From contig OX597835.1 of the NCBI GenBank assembly GCA_951406725.2, positions 25,234,001 to 25,298,000 on the forward strand: a stretch of DNA of 64,000 nucleotides, given 5' to 3'. The position numbers and the translations under genes are program-made. Positions 43,301 to 57,000 of the stretch are shown here, one piece after another. This DNA is from Octopus vulgaris (taxonomy: Eukaryota). Within the stretch, counting starts at the first letter, position 1, and every line of letters begins with the position of its first letter. The notes under the pieces were generated by a model, which had not been told where the DNA came from, did no database searches, and saw nothing but the letters and a program-made list of their open reading frames with translations.

Positions 43301-44021
43301 AAAATTAATTCTATGAAACATTTATTAAAGCCAAAATCTTGATTTCATGTTATCAAATCTGGAATTAAATGGCTTCTGCATCAGTAGACAATGAAAATTG
43401 ATACAGTTGAAGTAGAGGATTAAACCTAAGAGTAAGAACACCACTGTAATTCTCAACCAATTTTGGTCAACATTGCCCTCCAACTTAAAGCTCTTCTAAG
43501 TCCCTGTGTTCTACAAAACCTATAATAATCAGCATTTTATGTATCCACAGAATATTCAACAGTCTGCCAGTCTGGTCTACCATTCAAGGAATCAGGTATA
43601 TAATATTCAGCTCAATTTTACAATGAGTTACCATACTATATTCATCCATTTGTTCAATGGTTGTTTTTCAATGCAAATATGTGTTGAATTTATTTCAGGC
43701 AAATTTTATGGTAAGATGCCAACCCTTATTTGTTTTCATGTAAGGGATGTTTTTTTAAAATTTTTCTGGTCTTCAAAACGCAGAGTGTTTGGTCATAATG
43801 TCAAAAAGGAATGTAGACATTATAATACCATTTCATTCAAATAGTGACAAACAAAACCATGAAACATGAACTGTGTGGTAAGAAGCTTGCTTCTCAACCT
43901 CATGGTTCTGGGTTTGGTCCTACTGCATGGCACCTTGGGCAAGTGTCTTCTACTATAGCCTCAGGAGGCTGACCAAAGCCTTGAGAGTGGATTTGGTAGG
44001 TAGAAACTGAAAGAAGCCCAT

Positions 44022-44064
<43 letters not shown>

Positions 44065-47000
44065 CTGTGTGTCTCCATTGACCATCGCTTGACAACCGAT
44101 GTTGGTGTGTTTACGTCCCCGTAACTTAGTAGTTCGGCAAAAGAAGCCAACAGAATAAGCACTGGGCTTACAAGGAATAAGTCCCAGGATCGATTTGTTG
44201 AACTAAAAACTCCTTAGGTGGTGCTCCAGCGTGGACTCAGTCAAATGACTGAAACAAGTAAAGAAATAAAAATCACATACAGGTGCAAACATGGTTGTGT
44301 GGTCAAGAAACTCATTTTGCAAGCACATGGTTTTAGGTTCAGTCCCACTGCGTGGCACTTTGAGCATATAGCCTCAGGGAGCCACCAAATGGCTTAAGAG
44401 TAAATTTAGTAGGGAGAAACTGTATGGAAACAAAGGTTAGGTATTTCAAAACAAATATGGTAACAAAAGAGTTAAGAGGCCAGAGACCATCAGCACGTGC
44501 CATAAGATAGCAAATTTCTGGTAGACCTGGTCCTATGGACACCGAGAGAGAATGAAACCAAAAATTATGATACTTTCATTCTAACAGTCACACATATAGG
44601 CGTAGGAGTGGCTGTGTGGTAAGTAGCTTGCTTACTAACCACATGGTTCCGGGTTCAGTCCCACTGAGTGGCACCTTGGGCAAGTGTCTTCTTTGGTCTT
44701 GGGCCGACCAAAGCCTTGTGAGTGGATTTGGTAGACAGAAACTGAAAGAAGCCCGTCGTATATATGTATATGTTTGTGTGTCTGTATTTGTCCCCCCCAA
44801 CATCGCTTGACAACCGATGCTGGTGTGTTTATGTCCCCGTAACTTAGTGGTTCGGCAAAAGAGACCGATAGAATAAGTACTAGGTTTACAAAGAATAAGT
44901 CTTGGGGTCGATTTGCTCGATTAAAGGCGGTGCTCCAGCATGGCCACAGTCAAATGACTGAAACAAGTAAAAGAGTATATAAAATACAAGTTTTAAAAAA
45001 AAATCAAAACAACAAATCTACCTGATCGCCAACTTGTTGGAATTTGGACAGTGCACAGGTCGTCTGAAGATTCATCTGTTGATGCTCCTATGAAGTCAAA
45101 TGTTAAGCAGTTGAGTGCTAATCGCAGTGAATGGGACAACAGGCCATGCTGCAAAGGGGTGGAAAAGAAGAGAAAGAGAGAGAGAGGCAAACATTAACAT
45201 CATTAGGCTTTCAGCTGGCATTTCATGGAGATGTAATGAAGAAAGAGGTTTTAATACAGTATGTCTTGCAGCTTATTTCAGTCAGCGAACTTTTAATTCT
45301 TTCAATGGTCCCAGTTTCCAGTCGTTTGGATTATAGCTGTGCCAGGGTGGCGTCTCCAAAGAGATGGCAGTCATTTGTGTTGCTACGACGGTTGTTCAAT
45401 TCTATTAAACTTGGAAGGATGAAAGAGCAAAGTGAAACTGGTCGACGTATTCAGAAAGTGTTATCAACCAGCCATTAAACTGTGTAACGAAGCACTTTAA
45501 TTATAATCAGGAATATGTGTGATTACTGTAAGGTAAATCGATAAACTGCTTGATAAAATATGTGTTAAATGGTTAAATAGAGCAGCCTGTTAATGGATAC
45601 AACAGATGTAAAATAATCGAAAACAAGAGAAGTATGTTAGTCATGTTGACCGTTTCGGTACCCCACCATTCAGAGTCCATGAGGTTGCTTTTATATGGAT
45701 ACTCAGCCTGCTAGAAATGACAGTCAAAAACTCCCTCAAATCACATCCTAATGTTGTTGTTTTTTTTTATATAAATGTAGTTATAGACACACAAGGATGT
45801 CCTGAGGCTAAAAAGAAAAGAAAAAAACTCAACATATTACCAAACACAATGTCCAATACTTCCTCTCTCAACACCCCACCTCCCATTGAGAAGTCAACTT
45901 CTAGGTGTTCTATAAACTTGTTAAAAATAGCAGCAAAATCTCCTTCAAATCATTATTACTCTCATCACCATAATTGTTTCACATATGTTTTCCTTACTGG
46001 TATGAGTTTGACAGTTCACAGTTCTATATTTGAGAGATGAGGAATTACATACTTTATTTACATTTGACGGATATTTGTCCTCATCTTGTTTATTGTTAAC
46101 ACAACGTTTCGGCTGATATACCCTCCAGCCTTCATCAGGTGTCCTGGGGGAATTTCAAACAAGGGTTCTCATTCCTAAGGCATTTTTCCTATGTTATTAT
46201 ATCAGCCGAAACATTGTGTTAACAACAAACAAGATGAGGACAAATATCTGTCAAATGTAAAATAATGTAAATAAAGGCAGAGGACATCATCAAGCTCAAA
46301 TGTCTGCTTTGGCATGGTTTCTATGGCTGGATGCCCTTCATAATGCCAACCCCAATACAGTGTGTACAAAGTGCTTTTCTTTTCTTTTTTTTTTGTCGCA
46401 GCAGTAATAATGTTAACCAAAGTTACCCACCCACTCTAACATAGAGAAATAGACAAAAAAAAATATAAAAGAAATCTTTATTTTTCTTTCATCAACTTCT
46501 GCTTCCATTTGAAATTCATTGTTCCAGGCTGGACAGAGGCTGGATTTTTCAGTAGATGTAAAATATCTTCAAAAACTTCTTTGTATTTCTTAATCAGTTA
46601 ACCACTGCCCATTGTAATCATCTCCACAATATAACTGTGAAAGGACAGAGGTTTTTTTAATCAAAATAATATTAAAAAAAAGTAGAGGAAATTCATAGAG
46701 TTCAAATATGTCACTGACCTCCACCTTATCTCATTTACAGAAAAAAAAAAGGGGGACCCAAAAAAACAAATTCAAATTACCATATCCAATGGTATAAAAG
46801 AGGCATGGGTAAATTAGTCGCATCCCAATTTTATCATCATCAGCAACAATAACAACACTGCCACCATCATTTAATGCCCATTTTCCATAATGACATGGGT
46901 TGGACGGTTGGACAAGAGCTGGCAAGCCAGATGGCTGTGCCAAGCTCTATTGTCTATTTTGGCAAGGACAAAAAGAGTTCTTTGTGCATTAATGTTTATG

Positions 47001-50000
47001 AGAGACTCATCTTTGAACATAAGACCTGGGGTAATTTATCCGAGATTTTTGTGGGGGGGTACATCTTATATGCCTTGGAAACAAATAACAGGTGATGAAT
47101 ATTCAGTTTTAACCCTTTAGCATTCAGATCACACTGTCAAATGTAATCTTTATTTATTTACATTGTTTGGAATCAACATAAAAGGCACCCAGCACACTGT
47201 TAAGTAGTTGGCATTGGGAAGGGCATCCAGCTGTAGAAACCATGCCACAACAGACAATTGGAGTCTGAACAGCTCCCTGCTAGCAGGCTCCATGTCAAAC
47301 AGTCCAACCCATGCCAGCACGGAAAGCCGACGTTAAACAATGATGGTGATGATGATGATGATGTCTATGCAAAATACACATTTCCTTTTATGATTAAATA
47401 CATGATAAAATACACACCGAGACACGTAAAATTTAAAGACAGACAACGAAAAATATAATGCACATTTCAACCCAGTATTCAGTTAACTGTCAGTACAAAC
47501 ATGCCTCAACTGAAGTTGTTTCAAGTTAGGTCTTTTTCAACTTAGTATCAGTTGTTTTTCTAAGAAATTAATGGGGGAAAAAAAAAACCCTCAATTCAGT
47601 TGCTTTATCTGACTTTACGTCATTCTCAGCAAACATATTTTAAAAAACACAAAACAAATACTGAGGTGTAAAATACCTACAAGCCATTTACTAAAACAGA
47701 TATGAGCTAATCATTTAAAAAAATTTTTTTTACATCATCATCGTTTAACATCCATTTTCCATGCTGGCATGGTTTAACAGGAGCTGGCCAGGCTCCAATT
47801 GTCTGGTTTAGAATGGTTTTTACAGCTGGATGCTCTTTCCTAACACCAACAAACTTTACATGGTGCCAGGTGCTTCTTACGTGCTATCAGCATGAGTGTG
47901 CTTATGTGACACCAGCACAAGTGCATTTTACGAGGCACTGTCACGAGTGCATTTCATGTGGCATGGGCACATGTGCATTATATGAGACACTTGCATCTGT
48001 AAGACAAAGATATCTCAAATGGGGGAGGGAGTGGAGGCATGGCCATACAGGACATTCCTGTAAGGATGGATGGCCATGATTTTACTTAGTTTGACCGGTC
48101 TTCTCAAGTACAGCAAATCGACATAAGTTTCGGTCCCCTGTCCTCTCCTCAGTGAGGCCCAGTATCTGAAGATCTTTCACATGTTACATCATTTTTCAAG
48201 TTAAGTCACACATCTTGAAACCAATTACTGACACAAAGTGAGTCATGCCTGTATTGTTCTTTTTGAAATTGGGACACAGCATGAGTACCATGGTAGCTAA
48301 TTGGGACACAGCGAGAGTACCATGGCAGTTAATTGGGACACAGCAAGAGTGCCATGGTAGCTAATTGGGACACAGCGAGAGTACCATGGCAGTTAATTGG
48401 GACACAGTGAGAGTACCATGGTAGCTAATTGGGACACAGCGAGAGTACCATGGTAGCTAATTGGGACACAGCGAGAGTACCATGGTAGCTAATTGGGACA
48501 CAGCGAGTACCATGGTAGCTAATTGGGACACAACGAGAGTACCATGGCAGTTAATTGGGACACAGCGAGAGTACCATGGCAGCTAATTGAGACACAGCGA
48601 GAGTACCATGGCAGCTAATTGGGACACAGCAAGAGTACCATGGTGGCTAATTGGTACACAGCAAGTACCATGGCAGTTAATTGGGACACAGCGAGAGTAC
48701 CATGGTAGCTAATTGGGACACAGAGTACCATGGTAGCTAATTGGGACACAGCAAGAGTACCATGGTAGCTAATTGGGACACAGCGTGAGTACCATGGCAG
48801 CTAATTGGGACACAGCAAGAGTACCATGGTGGCTAATTGGGACACAGCGTGAGTACCATGGCAGCTAATTGGGACACAGCGAGAGTACCATGGTAGCTAA
48901 TTGGGACACAGTGAGAGTACCATGGTAGCTAATTGGGACACAGCAAGAGTACCATGGTGGCTAATTGGGACACAGCAAGAGTACCATGGTGGCTAATTGG
49001 GACACAGCAAGAGTACCATGGTAGCTAATTGGGACACAGCAAGAGTACCATGGTGGCTAATTGGTACACAGCAAGTACCATGGCAGCTAATTGGGACACA
49101 GCAAGAGTACCATGGTAGCTAATTGGGACACAGTGTGAGTACCATTGCAGCTAATTGGGACACAGCGAGAGTACCATGGTAGCTAATTGGGACACAGCAA
49201 GAGTACCATGGTGGCTAATTGGTACACAGCAAGTACCATGGTAGCTAATTGGGACACAGCAAGAGTACCATGGTAGCTAATTGGGACACAGCGTGAGTAC
49301 CATGGCAGCTAATTGGGACACAGCAAGAGTACCATGGCAGCTAATTGGGACACAGCGAGAGTACCATGGCAGCTAATTAAATGAAATGACCTTTCTTACC
49401 TGACTATCATCAGAAAAATCAAGAGTTTTTAAATTTCCTTCGGCTGTTCGTAGTAATGAACATGCTAGCTGGAAAATCTCATAAAGTTGGGTGTCTCGGA
49501 AAGATGAGGCAGTTTTACGATGTTTGGTGATTGATCTGCTGGCTTCCGCCTAGACACAAAGACATAAGGCATCGATAAGATTTCTGCGATTAAATTAAAA
49601 AAGGTGAGTGGTGGGCACAGATTATTATACTGGACTCCAAAAATGGCACGTAAATTATAGACAAAAATTATGTACCAGAGTATTTATACAACTGTCTGTC
49701 TGAGTGTATGCTTGTGTGTGTGTGTGTGTGTACCACCCTGAGTATGACTTGAAACTGCATCCAGTAATGAAGCCCTGGTTCAGAAGTTACAGTTCCCAGG
49801 TCTACTCTGACCCAGAGTAATAACACCTGTCAGGATCCCAGCTATGGGGTTGATTAGCATTATTAGGGTTTGCCTTCCTAAGCATGTGAAGACTGGATCC
49901 AGTAGACTCTGCAGAAGAAACAAATAAGATAACTCGGTTATCCACTGCATCCCTCTCCATCCTCCAGTCATTTTGACCCTAGTCTTGCTACTGGACTGAA

Positions 50001-53000
50001 GATGGTCAAAGATGAGAGAAAGAGAGTGAGGTTTGACAGTGGGTAACTCATCTTCATTTTAAACAAAGCCACCACATGAGTCATCAGTCATCCTTAAGGA
50101 CGACTAGATAACTCGTCATCACTTCAACGGACAAACATGTACATGTAACTGATAAACGATTATGTACAGAAATTAAACAAATACAAAGATGAGTCTTTCA
50201 CAGGAGGAATAAGTGTTCAATGATCAAGCCATGCTAATATCTTGTTTGCTCCTGGTTATGATATTCAGTCTTTAAGTTTTCTGTCAATGGACACCTTTTG
50301 AATTTGTAGACTCCTTCTGTGTCTTCTTTGTCGCCCGTTACACTACAGTGGCCTCAAGCTTTTAAGGGATAAAATCATTTTTAAAAAATGCTTTCTCAGC
50401 ACTTTTATATTGCTTGGAACCATGTCTTTGGATTAACTATAGTTGCATTCTTAATAAGCTTTTCTACTATAGACACAAGGCTTGAAATTTTTTTTTTTGG
50501 GGGGGGTAGTCAATTACATCGATCCCAGTACGCAACTGGTACTTAATTTATTGACCCTGAAAGGATAAAAGGCAAAGATGACCTCGGCGGAATTTGAACT
50601 CAGAACAAACAGACAGGCAAAATGCTGCTAAGCATTTTTCCCAGCATGCTAACAATTCTACTAGGTTGCTGCTACATTCTTAATAACATGAGGATTTCCA
50701 TTAACAGCAGATTGCCAACCTCGGCTACATACCTAAAAATAACATCCATTAATTCACATCCAGAATCTTCCATTAACCCCTTACCCGGCAAAGGCAAGTT
50801 AACTTGTCTTCACCCAATTTGTCTTTTTCAGAGTGTGATGAGTAAACTTGTCCAAAACACAACTTCAAAAACAGCCACAGACAATCCTCGGCATTTCATT
50901 TTTGTTTTACAAATTATGCCCAGAAGATGACAATGAGTATGAACCTTCTATTAGAAGCTTGGATACATCAGATGAGAGTGCAAGCTCATTTGATGAAAAA
51001 AAATTCGTCTGAAAATGAAATGTTTTCACCAAAAAAAGTTTCCGGGGAAGGGGTTAACAGTCAATGGCCAACCTCAGTTAATAACAGACCCTTTATATTG
51101 TTATTCAGCCAGCTAGAAATAGCCTGTACATCTTCCTCAAATTACACACAACTATTCTTACAAAAGGAATGGTTTATTAGACAATGTAACCCCCAATACA
51201 CAAAAATATAGGATGGTCAAGGCTGGAACATCGTTGATTATGAGGCTACTTGATGAAGATAGATGTGGAACTAAACAAAAACTGGCATATTTTTCTCTCT
51301 CTCCATACCCAGAAATATCAAGAAGATGGTATGAGTGAAAGATGTCAATCTTCGGAGCTTACCACTGTCAAATGGTCACCAAAAGAGATTAATGGGACAA
51401 TTTACTTACCTCACTCAATTGATTCATTTCACAGACTAATTGGGACAGCAACTGGACTCCTATCATAACATGTTGTGTGGACATACTCTGAAGGATAAAA
51501 CACATGGAATTTGCATTAATTATTATCACTTTAGGCCACACGTCTTTGAACTTCTGGACATACTCTGAAGGATAAGACACTTTTCAGCAACCCTTCATAT
51601 ATAAAGACTTACAGCACCCACTTTCTGGACACTATATTTAAGCCCTTATTTTTTCTACAAAAACCTATTCTGACACTAAATGAGTCAACTTCTGGTACGA
51701 ATGTTTACATTTTGTACATCTTTTTGCATCAAAAAAATTTCTAAAAAAATTCTAGAAACAATCTACTCATGTAATTTATACACCCCTAGAGTTTATTTTT
51801 AGTTTTGCAAAAGAAAATGAGTAAATTACATGGGTTTTTACATTAAGTGTTTCATCAACATAAAACCTAAAGTGACATAAATCCTATTAAAGAATTTATT
51901 AACTACTTTCTTGGTATTGAGTACTTTTTGTTCTAAAGTCTTACTAATGTGTGTATCTATGTATGCATATAACACTTGAATGCAATGTAGACAAAAGGAT
52001 AAGAAATTAGAGTGCTTGATATTGATAGTCAAGCATCAAAATATATTTTTATGCTGCAAGTTCACACTTTCCTTTACTCAGTTTCAAATCTCCGGTTGTC
52101 AAACAATTCTAATAAACCATTCTATAACTGACAAGCTATTATTCAAAAACGTTTTTGTTGTTTTTAAGTCTCTCATGCTCTCTCTCTCTCTCTCTCTTTC
52201 TTCCTCTGTTGTTCTATTTCATTCTTGATCATTCTCTTGCTCTATCTCTTGTTCTTTCCCTCTGACTGGGCTAACCATTTATCTCCTCAACAGCAAGACA
52301 CCTGTTTCTGTCCCTCTACTACACTCTAACCTGGCACAAGCTCACATCCTCCAATAACCCCACCACTACCAAAGGATCTTTGTCTTGCAAGTTACTTGGT
52401 GACTCTGGCAGTACTGGTACCACATAAAAAGCATCCAGTCCACACTGTAAAACGGTTGGCATTCGGAAGGCCACCCAGCTATAAAAAAACTGTGCCAAAA
52501 GAATACTTTGCTGGTACTGGGGCCACATAAAAAACACCCAAGTCCACTCTGTGAGGTGGTCAGCATTAGGAAAGGCATCCAGCCGTAAAGACCATGCCAA
52601 AACAGACAGCGAAGCATGGTGCAGTGTTCTGGCTTGTCAGCTCCTGTCAAACTGTTCAACCCATGCCAGCATGGAAAACAGACAGTAAATGATGATAACA
52701 ATTAAAGGATCAAGGTTTTTGTTGTTAACTAAGCCTAGGTTTGTTTTTTCAGGATTGGTTAACCTACATCCACAGTGGCTAGCAAAATTATTCTTATGAT
52801 CCTTAAGCACGTAGGGATCTACCTCATATTATGCTCAAAGATCATAAGGGTAGCGTCTACACTTGAAAAAAGACAATAGGGTAGACGACAAGACCTCTGC
52901 CTTATCATACACCTACACTGTTATCTATTTTAAATGCAAATGCTATCTCCTAGCCAACATAGCACAGATAAGAGTTTTCTCAGAACATTATCTTATCAGA

Positions 53001-53094
53001 TTTGACATACATTTTATCTTGATGGACCAAAAAAATTCAACCTGCTCTTTAGATGACTTTGGAATTTGCTGTTGAACTTCCTGTATGTGTGTGG

Positions 53095-53127
<33 letters not shown>

Positions 53128-53977
53128 AGAGAGACAGTGTAGTTTCTGATGTATATTTTTATAAATGACAGACACACACATATGCATGTGTATATGCAGA
53201 GTGTGTGTATGTATGCATATATATATATATATATATAAAATAGGTGAGGGCTGAAAAGTCCCTGGCTTCGGGTAAAAGAAAATACAGGTGGACCAGTTAA
53301 TTATGATTTTATTCAACATATTCCCCTCTCAGATTAACAAACTTACTGCAGCAGTCCTTCAATTTTTCTAAGCCCTGCAAAAGAACTCAGAAGGTTGAGC
53401 CTCCAACCAGGCCTTTCATGATACCCTTAACCCTTTAGTGTTCGCATTATTCTGCCAAAATTAATCCTTCTTTATCCACATTGCCTTTATCTTGGAGCTA
53501 TGAGATTTTGATGAGGTAGCTGTTAATTTTTAAGATGATATTGTAGTGCTGGTGTGGAGACCAGATCTGGCCAGTTTGAACATAAAACAAGCAGAATACT
53601 TTTGGCCGGATATGGCCGGTTTAAATGCTAAAGGGTTAAAGCCAGGAGCTTTTCAGTACCACACTCATATGTATGTATATGTATACACACACATATTTTT
53701 TAAAATCTATTATCTTACACACACATATATTTTTGATATATTTATTTACTTGTAGATTTAAAAAAACTGTCTATGTATTTATACATTTTCAATGTATCAT
53801 GTATACTGGTTCTTTAAATCCATCTGAAATCAGAGTCATGTTTGTGGATTAAATTACCTGGTCATACATTCCTTCATATTACATATTTTTATCTTTTACC
53901 TCAAGTTCCTCTTGAGTACTCCTAAGTGCAAACCTTAACTGAGAGAATTTCTAATTAATCAAATTCTTTCTCAAAAC

Positions 53978-54008
<31 letters not shown>

Positions 54009-57000
54009 GGCACAGGAGTGGTTGTGTGTAAGTAGCTGGCTTACCAACCACATGGTTCCAGGTTCAGTCTTGCAAGTGGATTGGTAGACAGAAACAGAAA
54101 GAAGCACGTTGTATATATGTATATATATGTGTGTTTGTGTCTGTCCCCCCAACATCGCTTGGTGTGTTTACGTCCCTGTAACTTAGCAGTTCGGCTAAAG
54201 AGACTGATAGAACAAGTACTAGGCTTACGAAGAATAAGTCCTGGGGTTGATTTGCTTGACTAAAGGCGGTGCTCCAGCATGGCTGCAGTCAAATGATTGA
54301 AAAAAGTAAAGATTAAAAGAGTATATATATATATATATATATATACGTGGAGATCATCATCACTGTTCTAACGTCCACTCTTCCAACTGTAACATGTTTA
54401 ATGAACAAGTTTTTGGGGGGTTTTACCTCGCTACACTAAATATAAAAAAATAGGCCTTGCAATAAAAAACAATGGCCCTCAGCAACCAGGACGTGAAAGT
54501 GAGATGATTATCGAATAGCTTCAACCCATTCAAATTACTATCAGGACCAGGTTGCTCCCTGCTGGTTTCTGAGCAACAGTAGTTATCACTATATTACAGA
54601 TACCTTAAGTGTGATCACACTAGACACTGCTATTTTCAAAGCAGTAACTACCCTGATCATGCTTACACTATCAACAGTGAGTAAACAAAATCTAAACAGT
54701 GGTCTTTACCAATTGATAATAGTTAACTTGACTTTACGCTTTGACTACTGATTTTAACACAATAGGCTTGATTTTCATAGCTAGAATAAACATTTTAAAA
54801 CATATTATAATCTTGATTACAGTATGTGCGTGTGTGTGTGTGTGTGTATCATCATCATTTAACATTCGTTTTTCCATGGTGGCATGGGCTGGACAGTTTG
54901 ACCAGAGCTGCACCAGGTTCCAGTTTCATTTGGCTTAATTTCCATGGCCGGATGCCTTTCTTAATGTCAACTGCTTTACAGGGTGTACTGGGTGCTTTTT
55001 ATGTGACACCGGCATGGGTGCTTTTTACGTGCCATTGACACAGGGCTCCCATCACGTCATGCCAATCAGATCTCAGCACTCATTAATACCAAAAGTCAGT
55101 CAGTAAAACAAGTACTAGGAACACATTAGTTTAAATTCAACCTCCTTGACCTCTATAAAAATTAGTTTTGTGCCAACCAACCAAGTCAGGGAACCAAATA
55201 AATGGTAGGGACAGATGAGTACCAGTATCATCTTTTGGGCTTCAGTTCTCTTTGAACAAAAACAAAAAATTCTAGTAATAAACTAGGATTAACCTTTAGC
55301 ATGCTGAAAGCAAATCATGTCATAATATGAGTTCTCTCCCCTGTAGTAGCAGGCACACTGTATCACACTGAGAGGGGAGAATACTCATACAGTGACATGA
55401 TTCGCCTTCAACATGCTAAAGGTTGATTCAATCATTCATACGACTACCCCACCTCATCCTCAGAGCAAAAACTGCTCAAGTGAAGGGAACACAAAAAAAT
55501 CAGCTAAACAAAGAAAGGCACATAGGTGTATATGTGTTTATGGTTAACACTTCACAAAAAGTACAAATCATCTTAAAAAAGTGGGGTAAAGTAAATAAAT
55601 ATGGTTTTAAATGCACTGTTTGTAAAAAAAAAATGCATCCAGCCGTAGAAACACTGCCAGATCAGACTGGGCCTGATGCAGCCTTCTGGCTTCACAGACC
55701 CCAGTTGAACCGTCCAACCCATGCTAGCATGGAAAGCGGACGCTAAATGATGATGATGATGATGATGATGAAAGCATAAGGATGAATTTGAAACCTTTTT
55801 GATAATAGGTCCCCTGTAGATAAGTACTGAGCAGTAACAGAAACAACTTCATTACTTTAGTGAATTAACTGCAAAATTATACATACCTGAATGAATTTGG
55901 CTACGTCTTGTACTGCATTTCGGAATACACACTCATCTTTTTGTACATCAAACCAGCCCAGTTTTGTAATACGTGCAAAAAGCTGTGTTAACATAGAAAT
56001 ATAAATAAGAAAACAATTAGAAAATTAACAATACACAAAACACCATTATCAGCAAAAGTAAAACTAGGACTTTTAAAACAAGTAAAATATCATTTTCAAA
56101 AAAGAGAAAATACTATTAGATGCACATTTCTGCCTCTTTGGGCCTCATCAGTAACAAGTACCCACTGGCAAATGCATGCTAAGACAAAATATATCATCAC
56201 TGAGACAGGAAAGCAGTGATTAAGAAATCACTGATGTTGCAATTTGCCAGCTGGCTGAATAAAAATTCATTATGTGCAACAAAAGCAGTATTTGTTTAAA
56301 ATGGCCATCTGTATATCATACTTGATGCAGAGACATTGTAGAGAGCCTAATTAACAGCAGTAATTGTTCTGAGAAAGTATCTACAGATGTAGAGTATTGA
56401 AAACCACAGAAATATATCAATAGCAGACAAAAAACAGGCAGAGTAGCGAGTACCCACAAGCAACTGCATGCTAAGACATACACATCCAGCAATACCACCA
56501 CCACAGTTGGATGATTTTCAGCTCTTACTGATATATGTTCATGTTAACACTGTACATCTTAAGACAAAAACTATAGTTAATCTAGCTTTCTGTGATATAT
56601 CTGCATCAAGTATGATATACAGATTCCTGTACACACATTAGTGAGAGAGACGAAGACGGAAAACATGAGAATCTTTACTGATCACTACAATTGTTTCTAC
56701 TCTTCTAGCATTGATCCCTTGCGGGTGGGGTACTGAACAACTTGTTTAAGTGTATCCCTCGGTGTAGATGTGTCTCCTCGGGTGATTTCAAGAAGTATCT
56801 CATTAAAATAAATTCTGTTTCACCAGATTTCTTCTTGGTCTTCATATACGGAAATGGCTCAGCAGTTTGGAAATAGAATAAGTACTAGGTTTTAAAAATA
56901 GTAAGTACAGGGTTACTTATTGTTAGGCTAAACACTTCAAGGTAGTGCCTCAGAATGGCTGCTGCCCAATGACTGAAACAAGTAAAAGATAAAAGATATT

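Noticed and set aside
45131-45478. 115-aa antisense ORF
   Set aside because: Overlaps a splice acceptor and a decayed SINE; no homology
48267-49377. CRISPR-like 32-bp repeats
   Set aside because: Contiguous tandem units without spacers
50030-50125. Box C/D snoRNA (GTGATGA...CTGA, minus strand)
   Set aside because: The boxes are only about 28 nt apart, with no later D box or clear terminal stem
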